Assembly (NCBI GenBank): GCA_964291405.2
Contig: OZ219926.1
Location: 1,824,001 to 1,888,000, forward strand
Length of the DNA stretch: 64,000 bases
Direction: 5' to 3'
DNA from: Thermodesulfobacteriota bacterium
GTDB lineage: Bacteria; Desulfobacterota; Binatia; Bin18
Part shown: positions 28,642 through 38,790 of the stretch, piece by piece
Position numbering within the stretch: the stretch's first letter is position 1
Layout: every line of letters starts with the position of its first letter
Notes under the pieces: model-generated
Databases searched by the model: none
The model's input: only the letters and a program-made list of their open reading frames with translations
What the model was told of the DNA's origin: nothing
Program-made: the position numbers and the translations under genes

Positions 28642-29790
28642 ATGAGTATCAGTCGAAAAGCTGCGCTGGCCGGTGTCTACGAGCACCCGCTCCGCTGGGC
28701 CCCGCATAAAACTCAATACCAGATCATGGCCGAAAGCGCCCGAGGCGCCCTGGACGATGCCGGGTTGAGTATAAAAGATGTCAACGGCCTGTTTACCTCG
28801 GGTGTGGGCGGGATGGGGATTATCGCCCTGGCCGAGCACCTGAATCTCAACCCCGATTTCCTGGACTCCAACTCGATTGGAGGCTCGTCCTTTGTTTCGC
28901 ATACGGCCCATGCCGCGGCGGCGATTGCCGCCGGCTACTGCGATGTTGTCCTGATTCTGTACGGCAGCAAATGGTCCTCGGACCGTTTTGCCGTTGGCAC
29001 CGGAGGCGGCGGGAGTGGCGACCCGCCTGAACAGTTTGAAGGTTGCTACGGCCCGACAACCGTTGGCGACTACGCCCTAGCCGCGCAGCGGCATATGTAC
29101 GAATTCGGCACCACCAGTGAGCAACTGGCCGAGATTGCCGTGACGACGCGCAAACATGCCTCGCTGAATCCGCACGCAAAGTTCCGTGACCTGATTAGCG
29201 TTGACGACGTCCTGGCCTCGCGCGAGGTATCTTCACCGCTGCACCTGCTGGACTGCTGCATGATCTCCGATGGCGGTGGCGCCCTGGTTGTCACTTCTGC
29301 CGAACGGGCACGCGATCTCAGAAAGAAGCCCGTCTATCTCCTGAGCGCGGCAGAGTCCTGCGCCCATACCAGCGCTGGGATGCGCGATATTACTGACGCA
29401 GCGGCCAAGCAGTCTGGCCCGAAAGCCATGGCACGAGCCGGGGTGAGTCATAGCGACTTTGACATGGCCATGATCTACGACTCCTTCACCATTACCGTGT
29501 GCATCACCCTTGAAAGCCTGGGGTTTTGTCAAAAAGGAGAAGGCGGGTCGTATGTCCAGAACGGTCGTATTGGTCTGGGCGGTGAACTCCCGATCAATAC
29601 CGACGGCGGCGGGTTGTCCTCCAACCACCCCGGTATGCGCGGAATTTTTTTGGTGATCGAGGCGGTCAAGCAGTTGCGAGGTGAGTGTGGAGAGCGCCAG
29701 GTCAAGGATTGTACACTCGCCTTTTGTCATGGAACAGGCGGAACACTCGGGCTCCGGCACAGCGGAGCCTCTCTGGTCCTCGGAGTATAG
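28642..29790 (+). CDS. SCP2-thiolase-like protein (Ltp2-type aldolase/thiolase)
   Basis: GGSSF in place of the catalytic Cys, CCMISDGG, IYDSFT, NTDGGGLSSNHPG. Confidence 0.85.
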   Translation: MSISRKAALAGVYEHPLRWAPHKTQYQIMAESARGALDDAGLSIKDVNGLFTSGVGGMGIIALAEHLNLNPDFLDSNSIGGSSFVSHTAHAAAAIAAGYCDVVLILYGSKWSSDRFAVGTGGGGSGDPPEQFEGCYGPTTVGDYALAAQRHMYEFGTTSEQLAEIAVTTRKHASLNPHAKFRDLISVDDVLASREVSSPLHLLDCCMISDGGGALVVTSAERARDLRKKPVYLLSAAESCAHTSAGMRDITDAAAKQSGPKAMARAGVSHSDFDMAMIYDSFTITVCITLESLGFCQKGEGGSYVQNGRIGLGGELPINTDGGGLSSNHPGMRGIFLVIEAVKQLRGECGERQVKDCTLAFCHGTGGTLGLRHSGASLVLGV

Positions 29791-29817
29791 CCGCGGTTCA
29801 GTAATAGGGGAGTAATT

Positions 29818-30243
29818 ATGGCTGATGAGAAAAAGAAACCGAACCGCCCGGTCCCACGGGTAGATGAAGAGTCGCGACCGTTCTGGGAAGCCTGCGCCCG
29901 GCACGAACTATACGTTCAGAAATGTCGGGCGTGTGGAACGGTCTTCTACTATCCGCGCGCCTTTTGCCCGGAAAACCTGTCGCAGGACTTTGAGTGGTTA
30001 CGCTGTAGCGGCAAAGGGACCGTCTATACCTTTACGATTACCCGTCAGAATCAAAGTTCAGGCTTTCGGAACAAAGTGCCCTATGTCATGGCCTATGTCG
30101 AGTTGGAAGAAGGGGTGCGGATGCTGACCAATATCGTGGGCTGTGACCCGGAGAGCGTCACCATCGGTATGCCGGTCGAAGTCACCTTTGAGGACGTGAC
30201 GCCGGAAGTCTCGGTTCCGCTGTTCAAGCCTATAGCAGAGTGA
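29818..30243 (+). CDS. DUF35 Zn-ribbon/OB-fold protein
   Basis: FWEAC...QKCRACG...YPRAFCP, SGKGTVYTFT, VELEEGVRMLTNIV, IGMPVEVTFE. Confidence 0.92.
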   Translation: MADEKKKPNRPVPRVDEESRPFWEACARHELYVQKCRACGTVFYYPRAFCPENLSQDFEWLRCSGKGTVYTFTITRQNQSSGFRNKVPYVMAYVELEEGVRMLTNIVGCDPESVTIGMPVEVTFEDVTPEVSVPLFKPIAE

Positions 30244-30380
30244 AGAGTCAGATAGGCTGGATGCGCGCCGTGTGATCTGACCCCAGGCAGGGTCCGCTTT
30301 GCATTGCCACACGCGTTCGCTTCTGGCACTATAGGGCCTTATTTTGCAGCCAGAAAAAACTGCTTCGACAAAAGGAGACA

Positions 30381-30437
30381 AAAGAGTAAACGTGTCAACA
30401 AATTTTTTGTATCTATTGGAAGACACGTTTACTCTTT
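30381..30437. repeat. ~55-bp palindrome family copy (core reversed)
   Basis: AAAGAGTAAACGTGTCAACAAATTTTTTGTATCTATTGGAAGACACGTTTACTCTTT. Confidence 0.9.
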
Positions 30438-30474
30438 GAGGAGCTGAGTTCGACCATCGACTCTCATATATCCC

Positions 30475-31149
30475 ATGGCACGAGTAATTGACCTCCACCT
30501 TCATTCTGAAGTCTCGGACGACAGCCGTGCGCCGGTCGAGGCCTACCTCAAGTGGCTAGCCCGTAAACGAGACGAACGGCCGCTAGACGGCATCGTGCTG
30601 ACCGAACACCGCCAGTTCGACACCCAGAGCGACTACCGGGCGCTTGAGGACAAGTATGGCATGCTGATCCTCAAAGCCTCTGAGGTCGAAACCGAGTACG
30701 GTCATGTTCTTGTGTATGGAGTCAATGACGCAATGCTGCAACGCTTCGACTTTTCCAACGTCCGACTGCGGGCCCAAGAGGTGATTGACGAAGTGGCGCG
30801 CATGGGCGGGGTGGCTATGCCGTGTCACCCGGGTCGGCCCACGATTGGCTTGATTGAGCACTATGAAAACCGCCCTCCGCTTGAGGGGGTGGTTGGCGTC
30901 GAGGCTCTGAACGGCGGAAGTAAAAAAGGCGAGAATGAGCGCGTTGCTGAGCTTATCGATACGTACGGCTACCACGCGTTTGGGGGGAGCGATGCCCATC
31001 TGGTGAGCTTTGTCGGGATTTGTGCCACAGAGTTTGAGAAAGATATTACGAATACGGAAGAGTTGGTTGAGGCGCTGCGGACGGGCGGCTACCGCCCGGT
31101 TGATTTTCGTGTCCGGCGAGCCCCGGTCCAGCCGGCCCCAGCGGCATAA
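30475..31149 (+). CDS. PHP-domain metal-dependent phosphoesterase
   Basis: DLHLHS, LTEH, GHVL, CHP, GGSDAH. Confidence 0.88.
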   Translation: MARVIDLHLHSEVSDDSRAPVEAYLKWLARKRDERPLDGIVLTEHRQFDTQSDYRALEDKYGMLILKASEVETEYGHVLVYGVNDAMLQRFDFSNVRLRAQEVIDEVARMGGVAMPCHPGRPTIGLIEHYENRPPLEGVVGVEALNGGSKKGENERVAELIDTYGYHAFGGSDAHLVSFVGICATEFEKDITNTEELVEALRTGGYRPVDFRVRRAPVQPAPAA

Positions 31150-31204
31150 AGAGCGAACGTGTCCTCCAATAGATACAAAAAAATTGTTGACACGTTTACT
31201 CTTT
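31148..31204. repeat. ~55-bp palindrome family copy
   Basis: AAAGAGCGAACGTGTCCTCCAATAGATACAAAAAAATTGTTGACACGTTTACTCTTT; overlaps the PHP gene stop codon. Confidence 0.9.
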
Positions 31205-31219
31205 GTAGAGGAGACGTGG

Positions 31220-31663
31220 ATGGCGCTTGAATTTGATCGGTCTATTTTAGGTCAAGTGTTTGACGAGACTGACTTTCCGCCGGTTGAGAAAGCAGACCTC
31301 TTACACTTTGCGGACGCGCTGGGAGAGACCAACCCGCTCTACACCGATGAAGAAGCGGCGGTGAATGGGCCCTATGGCGGTCTGGTGGCGGCTCCGACCT
31401 ATGTGACACGGCTCCGACCCAAAAAAATGACACCCGAGCATATGCCACGCTTCGGCAAGGTCGGCTTTGACGGCGGACGTGATGTTGAGATTTTTGCCCC
31501 GGTCCGGCCTGGTGATAGGCTGAAAATGGTCAGCACCATACACGATATTTACGAGAAAACCGGGCGCAGTGGCTCTATGTATTTCATCGTCCTGCGGAAT
31601 GAGATCTCAAACCAAGACGGCCAGAAGGTTGCGATTGTTGACCATAGGATTATGCAGCGATGA
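31220..31663 (+). CDS. MaoC-like dehydratase N-terminal (hot-dog fold) protein
   Basis: GAGGAG RBS before ATG 31220. FADALGETNPLYTD, APTY, YEKTGRSGSM. Confidence 0.85.
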   Translation: MALEFDRSILGQVFDETDFPPVEKADLLHFADALGETNPLYTDEEAAVNGPYGGLVAAPTYVTRLRPKKMTPEHMPRFGKVGFDGGRDVEIFAPVRPGDRLKMVSTIHDIYEKTGRSGSMYFIVLRNEISNQDGQKVAIVDHRIMQR

Positions 31664-32082
31664 AAACACTCTATTTTGAGGAGGTCGAAGAAGGCGACGA
31701 GTTGCCGCCTATCGACCTGCTTCTGACCAAAGACTTTGTCCGCACGTACGCCAAGACGGCCGGTATGGATTTTCCGCGGTTCACGGACGACGAAGGGGCA
31801 CGCCAGGAGGGTCTACCAGGTATGATCGCGCCTGGGGTTTTAAGTATGGGGTTGCTGGCCCGACTGATCGGCGAGTGGAACCAAGCGGCGCAGATTACCC
31901 GGATCGGCACGACGTTTCGCAGCCCGGTCCTACCTGACTGCACGATTCATCTGCTAGGCTTTGTCACCCAAAAGGATGTAGAGCGACATAGTGCTGAGTG
32001 TGATATCTGGATGGAGAACGATGATGGAGAACGCTGGGTCATTGGCACGGCGACCGTTCTGTTGCCAACCCGGAACTCCTAG
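31660..32082 (+). CDS. MaoC-like hot-dog fold protein
   Basis: YFEEVEEGDELP, GLPGMIAPG, FRSPV. ATGA-coupled to the previous gene. Confidence 0.82.
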   Translation: MKTLYFEEVEEGDELPPIDLLLTKDFVRTYAKTAGMDFPRFTDDEGARQEGLPGMIAPGVLSMGLLARLIGEWNQAAQITRIGTTFRSPVLPDCTIHLLGFVTQKDVERHSAECDIWMENDDGERWVIGTATVLLPTRNS

Positions 32083-32100
32083 TATTCAGAGAGTAGAACA

Positions 32101-32868
32101 ATGCAAAAACGACAACTTGGCTGTGTTATGGTTCTCTGTTTAGTCAGTGTCCTCGGACTTGGCCCGCATGTGCCAACAGCTTTTGCTCAGAATGGAGCAA
32201 TGCAGCAGGGACTGGATGGCTCACTGGACATGCTTGACAGCCCCACCCCGGTGTACGAACCGTCTGTTTTTGAACCCTTTAATGAGAAGATGTTTTCCTT
32301 CAACATCTGGATGGATGAACATATCCTCCGACCGGTTGCCCGTTCCTATGCCGGGGCTGTACCGGAGCCTGCGCGGCTCAGTGTGCGTCGTTTTTTTGAT
32401 AATATCGGGGTTGTGCCGCGCTTTGCGAATAGCCTCTTTCAGCTCAAGTTGGACGGTGCGGCGCGGGAAGCCGGACGCTTTATGATCAACACGACGATTG
32501 GCGGTCTCGGCTTTTTCGATGTGGCCAAAAATAAGTTTGGGCTCGAAAGAAGCCAAGAAGACTTTGGTCAAACCCTCGGGACCTATGGCGTAGGATCGGG
32601 CCCATATCTGGTATTGCCCTTTATCGGACCTTCCACGGTGCGTGACGCCATTGGCCGGGTCGCGGACGGAGCCATGGACCCGAAGACCTATTTGTTATCC
32701 ACGGTCGAAGTGACGGCAACGGATGCTGGCACGGTGCTCACCAATGCGGTCAACGAACGCTCCCTCAATCTTGAACTCTTCGAGAGTGTGGATCGCTACT
32801 CTCTTGATATGTACAGCGCAGTACAAGACTTCTACCTGCAAAATCGAGAGAGGCAGATCGTAGAATAA
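32101..32868 (+). CDS. mlaA: MlaA/VacJ family protein
   Basis: FEPFNEKMFSFN, RFMINTTIGGLG, EDFGQTLG, GPYLVLPFIGPSTVRD. Confidence 0.9.
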   Translation: MQKRQLGCVMVLCLVSVLGLGPHVPTAFAQNGAMQQGLDGSLDMLDSPTPVYEPSVFEPFNEKMFSFNIWMDEHILRPVARSYAGAVPEPARLSVRRFFDNIGVVPRFANSLFQLKLDGAAREAGRFMINTTIGGLGFFDVAKNKFGLERSQEDFGQTLGTYGVGSGPYLVLPFIGPSTVRDAIGRVADGAMDPKTYLLSTVEVTATDAGTVLTNAVNERSLNLELFESVDRYSLDMYSAVQDFYLQNRERQIVE

Positions 32869-32909
32869 GCCTCTGGCTTCTTGCAAACACCAGAAAGACA
32901 GCGACTGGC

Positions 32910-33518
32910 GTGTCGAGGAGTTTGATCGTGGTCAAAACTCTCCTTTTGATAATAGGCCTCCTTTTTCCTCAGCTCGGCTGGGCAGATTCTCCGGCGGAGG
33001 TGACCAAACGGCTGATCTCGACCATGCAATCGTGTGGCCAGGAATTTGGTTTGCCCTCCGCCCCCCCGCAGTGCACTAGTGAAGAGATCGAAAAAAACTT
33101 GGCTATTGCTCAACTGTCGCGCTGGCTAATGGGACCGCACTGGGACACCCTCGGCCAAGAGAAGCAGGCTGATTTCATCAGCCTCCTCACACGCTTGCTA
33201 CGCGAATTGGCCTATCCCAGAGCGTCGGAATTTCTGGCTGACACGCAGTTCGAATACGGCGACACGCATCAGCAAGGGAATGAGGCCCTGACCGAGGTCT
33301 CGGTCGTGAATCCTGATGAAGGGCGGGTGACCATCGGTTTTCGGCTCAACCAGTCGGAGGGCGTGTGGAGGGTTTGGGATGTTCGGCTTGACGGGGTCAG
33401 TATGGCCAGCAACCTGCGTAAACAGGTGCAATCGCTCATGTCCAAACAGTCCTACGAAGAGCTGGTGGAGCGGATGCAGCGGACCATCGCGAACGCCAAG
33501 ACCGAAGAGGCCGGATAA
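32910..33518 (+). CDS. hpnM: MlaC/Ttg2D-family periplasmic lipid-binding protein (HpnM-like)
   Basis: Signal peptide; WRVWDVRLDGVSMASNLRKQ. Directly upstream of hpnN. Confidence 0.75.
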   Translation: MSRSLIVVKTLLLIIGLLFPQLGWADSPAEVTKRLISTMQSCGQEFGLPSAPPQCTSEEIEKNLAIAQLSRWLMGPHWDTLGQEKQADFISLLTRLLRELAYPRASEFLADTQFEYGDTHQQGNEALTEVSVVNPDEGRVTIGFRLNQSEGVWRVWDVRLDGVSMASNLRKQVQSLMSKQSYEELVERMQRTIANAKTEEAG

Positions 33519-33709
33519 CAGCCGACTGCTCAGACTCTCTCCTCCGCTTGAGTAACCGGCATGGCTAGGATAGGCTGCTCGGCTCAACAGAGGACTGACA
33601 GGGCCCGTGCCGGGTATGGGGAATTTGGCGACGACGCTGGCAGATATCGTGACCCATCACCCTAGCCTACATGCGCTCTCCGTCCTATCCGTTCCAGCGT
33701 GCTTTGTGA

Positions 33710-36544
33710 GTGGAGACATTATCCGTGCAGGCGATCCCTCCGTCTTTTAAACAACGCCTCGTTGCCCTGGAAAAACGGGCTCTACGAGCTTGCGCTCGGG
33801 GAATCGTTGCATACGCAAAGACGGCGCTGGCCGGCTGTCTGCTGCTTACTGTTACGGCCTCATTCTACACCGCACAACATCTCGAACTCGTCACTGGCCG
33901 CAATGATCTGATCTCGACCGAAAAGCGCTACCTGCAACTCGATGAGGAATATTCCGAAGAGTTTGTCGGCGTAGACCAGGTGGCCGTGGTTGTTGAGCCG
34001 CAAGACATCCCGCAGGGCAAAGCCTTTGTGAGGCGCCTGGGTGAACGACTCGCCCAGGAGCAGGAGCATATTGCTGAGATTTTTTACCGCGTGGATGTTT
34101 CCTCGTTAGAAGGCAAAAAGCTGCTCTACCTGCCGGCTGAGGATTTACGCGATTTACAGCGGAGTCTTGAAGACTCGCAAGAGATTATTCATGAACTGCT
34201 GACGAACCCCGGCCTGAATACGCTATTCGAGGCGATCAACACCCAAGTCAGTAGCGCCGTTGTTTCGCATTTGGTTGACGACTTCCTCGGGCTGGGAGGC
34301 CCACTGGATGAAGACTCCGGTGAGTTCTCCGACTCTCAGTTGTCCTTCCTCACTGCGTTGTTACAAGAGATCGCGCGGGCGCTGTACGGACAAGACTACC
34401 GCTATCGTTCTCCCTGGGCTGAGTTTTTTGGTGGGACAGCCCAGCTCGATGACGACGGCTTCCTCATTGCCGAGAACCGCAAATACATGTTCCTCATGGT
34501 CGAGGCGAAAGAAGACGCCGCTGCTGGCTTCAACGACCTTCAGGATTCGATGGCGGCTATTCGGCAGGCGATTGCCGACCTGAAAGTGGAGTTTCCAGGT
34601 CTGGACGCTGGCGTCACCGGAACGAAGGCGCTGGGCAATGATGAAATGCTCAGCGCTCAGCATGATACGGCCGTAGCAACGGTGGTGTCCCTGTCGGGTA
34701 TTGCGCTCCTCTACTTGGTCTTTTTCCGACGCATTCGGCATCCGCTCTTCATCGTCTCATCGCTCATGATCGGCCTGAGCTGGACGCTGGGCTTTGTCAC
34801 GCTTTCAGTCGGTCATCTGACGATTATTACCGTCTTCATCGCCCCTATGCTGCTCGGCTTGGCCGATGACTTCGGCGTCCACTTCATGACCCGCTATGAG
34901 GAAGAGCGCGGCAAGGGAAAAAACCAGGCCGAAGCCATTACCATTGTGTTTGAACAGACCGTCCCCAGTATTATTGCGGGGGCGTTAACCACCTCGCTCG
35001 CCTTTTTTGCAGTCATACTGGCAGACTTTCGCGGGGTTCAGGAACTCGGCATCATTTCGGGTGGAGGAATCCTATTGTCTGTTCTCGCGATCCTGACTTT
35101 CCTGCCGGCCTTGATCGTCGGGATGGACTCGTTCTGGCCCTGGCGTGTTCCTGTGGGACAGCAGACGGTCTTGCAGACAACGTTTGCTGGGTTGGGCAAA
35201 TACGTCGAACAGAAGAGAGGTCTCCTTTTCGGAATCGCCGGCCTGGGAACGGCGGCGGGACTTCTGGCGCTGCCGTGGATCTCTTTTGACTATAATTTGC
35301 TAAACCTCCAGGCACACGGCACAGAGTCGGTTGAATGGGAAAAGCGCATTATTGCAAACTCCGAACGCTCGTCCTGGAACGCCTTGGCGACGGCGCCGAC
35401 GCCAGAAGCGGCGCGCCAAAAGGCTCAAGCGTTTGCGGCGCTGCCCAGCGTGGAGACCGTTGAGAGCGTCGCGTCACTGATTCCGGACGGACAGCCCGAG
35501 CGCCTCCATCTTCTTACAATCATCCGCCCGCTGTTGAGTGAGCTCCCTCCGCTCAGCACTGATCCCCAGGAGGTGGAGGTCAAGCAGCTCGAACGGACTC
35601 TGGATAAGCTCCGCCTCAAAATTCGCGATCAGGAAAACGGCAGCGCGACGCTCCTGCAGGAGGCGCGCCAGCACCTCCTGGCCGTTTTTGAAGCGCTCCG
35701 AACGCTGCCCGAACAGAACGTCCGACAGCGGCTGGCCCTTTTTCAGAACGCGCTGTTTCTCGACTTTCAGGATAAATGGTCCCTGCTCAGGAATAACCTG
35801 TCTCCGGCCGGTCCGATTACCTTTGCGGATGTCCCGCCTCAGTTGCGCAGCCGCTTTGTCAGCCGGGACGGCCAGCGGTTTCTTCTGCAGGTCTATCCCA
35901 AGGAAAATATCTGGGAGCGCGAGCCGCTGACGGAGTTCATTCGGCAGTTGCGCACGGTTGACCCCGATGTGACCGGCTCCCCGATTATTGGCTACGAGTC
36001 TATTGGAGCGATGCAGAACGGCTATGTTGAGGCGGCCTGGTACGCGTTTCTCGCCATCCTGGTTGTGACCTTTTTAGCGCTCCGACGTGTCACGGATGCA
36101 CTCCTGGCCGTCCTGCCGCTCGGTCTGGGTATGATCTGGACCGCGGGCCTGATGTGGCTGTGGGACGTGCAATTTAATCTGGCTAATATGGTTGCCGCCC
36201 CCCTGATTATTGGCATCGGCGTAGAGAATGGTATCCATCTCGTCCATCGTTTCCGAGTAGGCCGTGACGTCTCGGTCGTCAGCCTGATTGCCGGCAGTAC
36301 CGGCCAGGCGGTTGTCCTGTTCTCACTGACGACCATGATCGGGTTTGGTAGTCTCATGGTCGCCCAGTATTATGGCATTTTCAGTATGGGCCTCCTGCTG
36401 ACCCTAGCAGTCGGGAGTGTCCTGATCGCCTCTATTGTGATCCTCCCGCTGCTCTTATACCGAACGGAAAGGAGCGGGCAGGAATCGGGGATAGTCGCTT
36501 CGGAACTCTCCGTACAAGACTCGGCTCAGGGAGACCTCTCATAG
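33710..36544 (+). CDS. hpnN: MMPL/RND hopanoid transporter HpnN-like
   Basis: Two RND TM repeats (GLADDFGVHF, GIGVENGIH, TTMIGFGSL) with large periplasmic loops; hpn gene context. Confidence 0.85.
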   Translation: METLSVQAIPPSFKQRLVALEKRALRACARGIVAYAKTALAGCLLLTVTASFYTAQHLELVTGRNDLISTEKRYLQLDEEYSEEFVGVDQVAVVVEPQDIPQGKAFVRRLGERLAQEQEHIAEIFYRVDVSSLEGKKLLYLPAEDLRDLQRSLEDSQEIIHELLTNPGLNTLFEAINTQVSSAVVSHLVDDFLGLGGPLDEDSGEFSDSQLSFLTALLQEIARALYGQDYRYRSPWAEFFGGTAQLDDDGFLIAENRKYMFLMVEAKEDAAAGFNDLQDSMAAIRQAIADLKVEFPGLDAGVTGTKALGNDEMLSAQHDTAVATVVSLSGIALLYLVFFRRIRHPLFIVSSLMIGLSWTLGFVTLSVGHLTIITVFIAPMLLGLADDFGVHFMTRYEEERGKGKNQAEAITIVFEQTVPSIIAGALTTSLAFFAVILADFRGVQELGIISGGGILLSVLAILTFLPALIVGMDSFWPWRVPVGQQTVLQTTFAGLGKYVEQKRGLLFGIAGLGTAAGLLALPWISFDYNLLNLQAHGTESVEWEKRIIANSERSSWNALATAPTPEAARQKAQAFAALPSVETVESVASLIPDGQPERLHLLTIIRPLLSELPPLSTDPQEVEVKQLERTLDKLRLKIRDQENGSATLLQEARQHLLAVFEALRTLPEQNVRQRLALFQNALFLDFQDKWSLLRNNLSPAGPITFADVPPQLRSRFVSRDGQRFLLQVYPKENIWEREPLTEFIRQLRTVDPDVTGSPIIGYESIGAMQNGYVEAAWYAFLAILVVTFLALRRVTDALLAVLPLGLGMIWTAGLMWLWDVQFNLANMVAAPLIIGIGVENGIHLVHRFRVGRDVSVVSLIAGSTGQAVVLFSLTTMIGFGSLMVAQYYGIFSMGLLLTLAVGSVLIASIVILPLLLYRTERSGQESGIVASELSVQDSAQGDLS

Positions 36545-36591
36545 TCCGTGTTCGGACATTTCGAAGCTTCGAGAAGAAAGCGTATCGCTTC

Positions 36592-37077
36592 ATGGTCAGC
36601 GGACCCCAGTTTGTGCAACACCTCAGGAATGCCGGCTTCGACTTTTTCACCGGGGTGCCCTGCTCTTTGGTCAAGGGGGTGATTGCCACGCTTGAAGAAC
36701 GAGGTGGCTATATCGCTGAGACGCGTGAGGATGCGGCAGTGGGCCTGGCGGCAGGAGCCTATATGGCCGGCAAACAACCTGTTGTCATTATGCAGAATTC
36801 CGGTCTAGGAGTCTGCCTGAACGCACTGTCTTCTCTCAGTTTGATCTACGTCCTGCCTTGTCTGCTACTGATTACGTGGCGCGGCTATCAGGGCAAGGAT
36901 GCGCCGGAGCATCTCATTATGGGAGATATTCTGCCTGACCTGTTATCCACCCTGAAAATTCCGTATCGGGTGCTTGAAGAACAGACCCTGGAGGACGCGA
37001 TTGGCTGGGCCGCCGCGACCCTGAAGCAGACGAGTCGCCCGACGGCGCTGGTCCTCCCGCCTGGAGTCGCTGCATGA
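36592..37077 (+). CDS. Phosphonopyruvate/sulfopyruvate decarboxylase, alpha (N-terminal) subunit
   Basis: FFTGVPCSL, REDAAVGLAAG, MQNSGLG, WRGYQGKDAPEH. Confidence 0.85.
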   Translation: MVSGPQFVQHLRNAGFDFFTGVPCSLVKGVIATLEERGGYIAETREDAAVGLAAGAYMAGKQPVVIMQNSGLGVCLNALSSLSLIYVLPCLLLITWRGYQGKDAPEHLIMGDILPDLLSTLKIPYRVLEEQTLEDAIGWAAATLKQTSRPTALVLPPGVAA

Positions 37078-37658
37078 ATTTAGCCCAGGCCCTGAGCATA
37101 GTTATCCCTGCCCTACAGGACGCCCTGGTTGTCCATGCGAATGGGTTTATTTCGCGGGAGTCCTTTAATCTTGAGGATCGCCTTGGCAATTTCTATATGA
37201 TTGGCTCAATGGGCTTGGCTTCATCTATTGCGCTCGGTGTGGCCCTGAGTAAACCCGAGCGGCGCGTGGTCGTCTTTGACGGCGATGGCAATGTCCTTAT
37301 GAATATGGGCTCACTGGCCCTGATTGGTGCTCAGCAGCCACGCAATCTGGTCCACCTTGTTTTTGACAACGAAGTCTACGGCTCGACGGGCAACCAGCCG
37401 ACGATCTCCAGCCGCGTGGCGCTCGATAAAGTGGCGCGCGCGAGCGGCTACGTCGATGTGCGCCGCGCTGAGGATACCGACCAGTTGCGTGCCACGACGC
37501 AGGAGCTGCTGGCGCCAGACCCATCTGAAAAAGATGGACCGTCCTTTCTGCTGATTAAAATTGAGCCGGACCGGGAAGAGCGCCACATTGGTCGGATTAC
37601 GCACGAGCCACAGCACATCGTCAGGCGTTTTATGGAGGCTATTCATCAGGACGTATAG
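37074..37658 (+). CDS. Phosphonopyruvate/sulfopyruvate decarboxylase, beta (TPP-binding) subunit
   Basis: NGFISRE, FYMIGSMG, DGDGNVLMN...DN...STGNQP. Confidence 0.85.
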   Translation: MNLAQALSIVIPALQDALVVHANGFISRESFNLEDRLGNFYMIGSMGLASSIALGVALSKPERRVVVFDGDGNVLMNMGSLALIGAQQPRNLVHLVFDNEVYGSTGNQPTISSRVALDKVARASGYVDVRRAEDTDQLRATTQELLAPDPSEKDGPSFLLIKIEPDREERHIGRITHEPQHIVRRFMEAIHQDV

Positions 37659-37701
37659 GCCGTCGGCCCCGTTCGTCTTCTCCGTCCAGAGCAATTCCAC
37701 G

Positions 37702-38790
37702 ATGCAGCAATACATTCTCCTGAACCCCGGCCCTGTCAACGTTTCTCCGCGTGTCCGGCAGGCCCTCCTGCGTGGAGACCTATGCCACCGGGAGGCTGAG
37801 TTTTCCGATCTGCTGACTGCGGTTCGTACTAAGCTCCTACAGGCGTTCGCTCCGGAGGGTTATACCGCAGTGGTGGTGAGCGGCTCGGGCACCCTGGCGG
37901 TTGAAGCCATGGTCTCCTCAGCCCTGGTGGAGAGGGGGAAACTCCTCGTGATTAACAACGGCGTCTATGGCGATCGGATGCGTCAGATGGCCGAAGCCCA
38001 CCGGATCCCGACCGTAGAATTGACCTATGCCTGGGCCGAAGCGCCGAACTCGGAGCAGATTGAATCCGCTCTGAGAGATGATCCCGCTATCGCGGCCGTG
38101 GCCTTGGTCCAGCATGAAACCACAACCGGCCTACTCAACCCGGTGACTGAAATTGGCCGGATCGTGCGCCAGCAGGGTCGGCTGTTTCTGCTTGACGCGG
38201 TGAGTGCGCTTGGCGGCGAAAACCTCAATGTCGTGCGCGACAGCGTAGACCTGTGTGCCTGTACGGCGAACAAATGCATCCAGGGCCAGCCGGGTGTTGC
38301 CTTTGTGTTGGTTCGGAACGAAGTCATGGCGGTCATGCAGGACTATCCCCGCCGTTCGTTATACCTCCACCTGCCGTTGCACTGGCAAGCGCAGGAACGA
38401 CGGAGCATTCCATTTACTCCGGCCATCCCAGCCTGGTATGCGCTGGATGCCGCCCTTGACGAACTCCTGGAGGAAACGCCCGCAGGACGGGTCGAACGCT
38501 ACCGTCTGGCCGCCCGGTTTCTGCGTGACGGCTTTGCGGAACTCGGACTCGCCTTCCTCCTGCCCCCGGAATTACGGTCCAACTCCCTGACCTCTCTGGT
38601 CTTGCCCCAGGACGTTTCGTATCCCCGTTTGCATGACGGTCTCAAACAACGGGGCTTTGTCATTTACGAGGGACAGGGAAAACTCCGAACCGACATTTTC
38701 CGAGTAGCCAATATGGGCCATCTGACCCTGGACGATTTTCAGCGTTTTCTTGATGCCCTTAAAGATATGTTGCCAGGCGGGAAGCTATGA
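37702..38790 (+). CDS. aepZ: 2-aminoethylphosphonate aminotransferase family (class V PLP)
   Basis: LLNPGP, CHREAEF, GSGT, NGVYG, HETTTG, DAVS, TANKCIQGQPG, GFVIYEGQG. Confidence 0.82.
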   Translation: MQQYILLNPGPVNVSPRVRQALLRGDLCHREAEFSDLLTAVRTKLLQAFAPEGYTAVVVSGSGTLAVEAMVSSALVERGKLLVINNGVYGDRMRQMAEAHRIPTVELTYAWAEAPNSEQIESALRDDPAIAAVALVQHETTTGLLNPVTEIGRIVRQQGRLFLLDAVSALGGENLNVVRDSVDLCACTANKCIQGQPGVAFVLVRNEVMAVMQDYPRRSLYLHLPLHWQAQERRSIPFTPAIPAWYALDAALDELLEETPAGRVERYRLAARFLRDGFAELGLAFLLPPELRSNSLTSLVLPQDVSYPRLHDGLKQRGFVIYEGQGKLRTDIFRVANMGHLTLDDFQRFLDALKDMLPGGKL

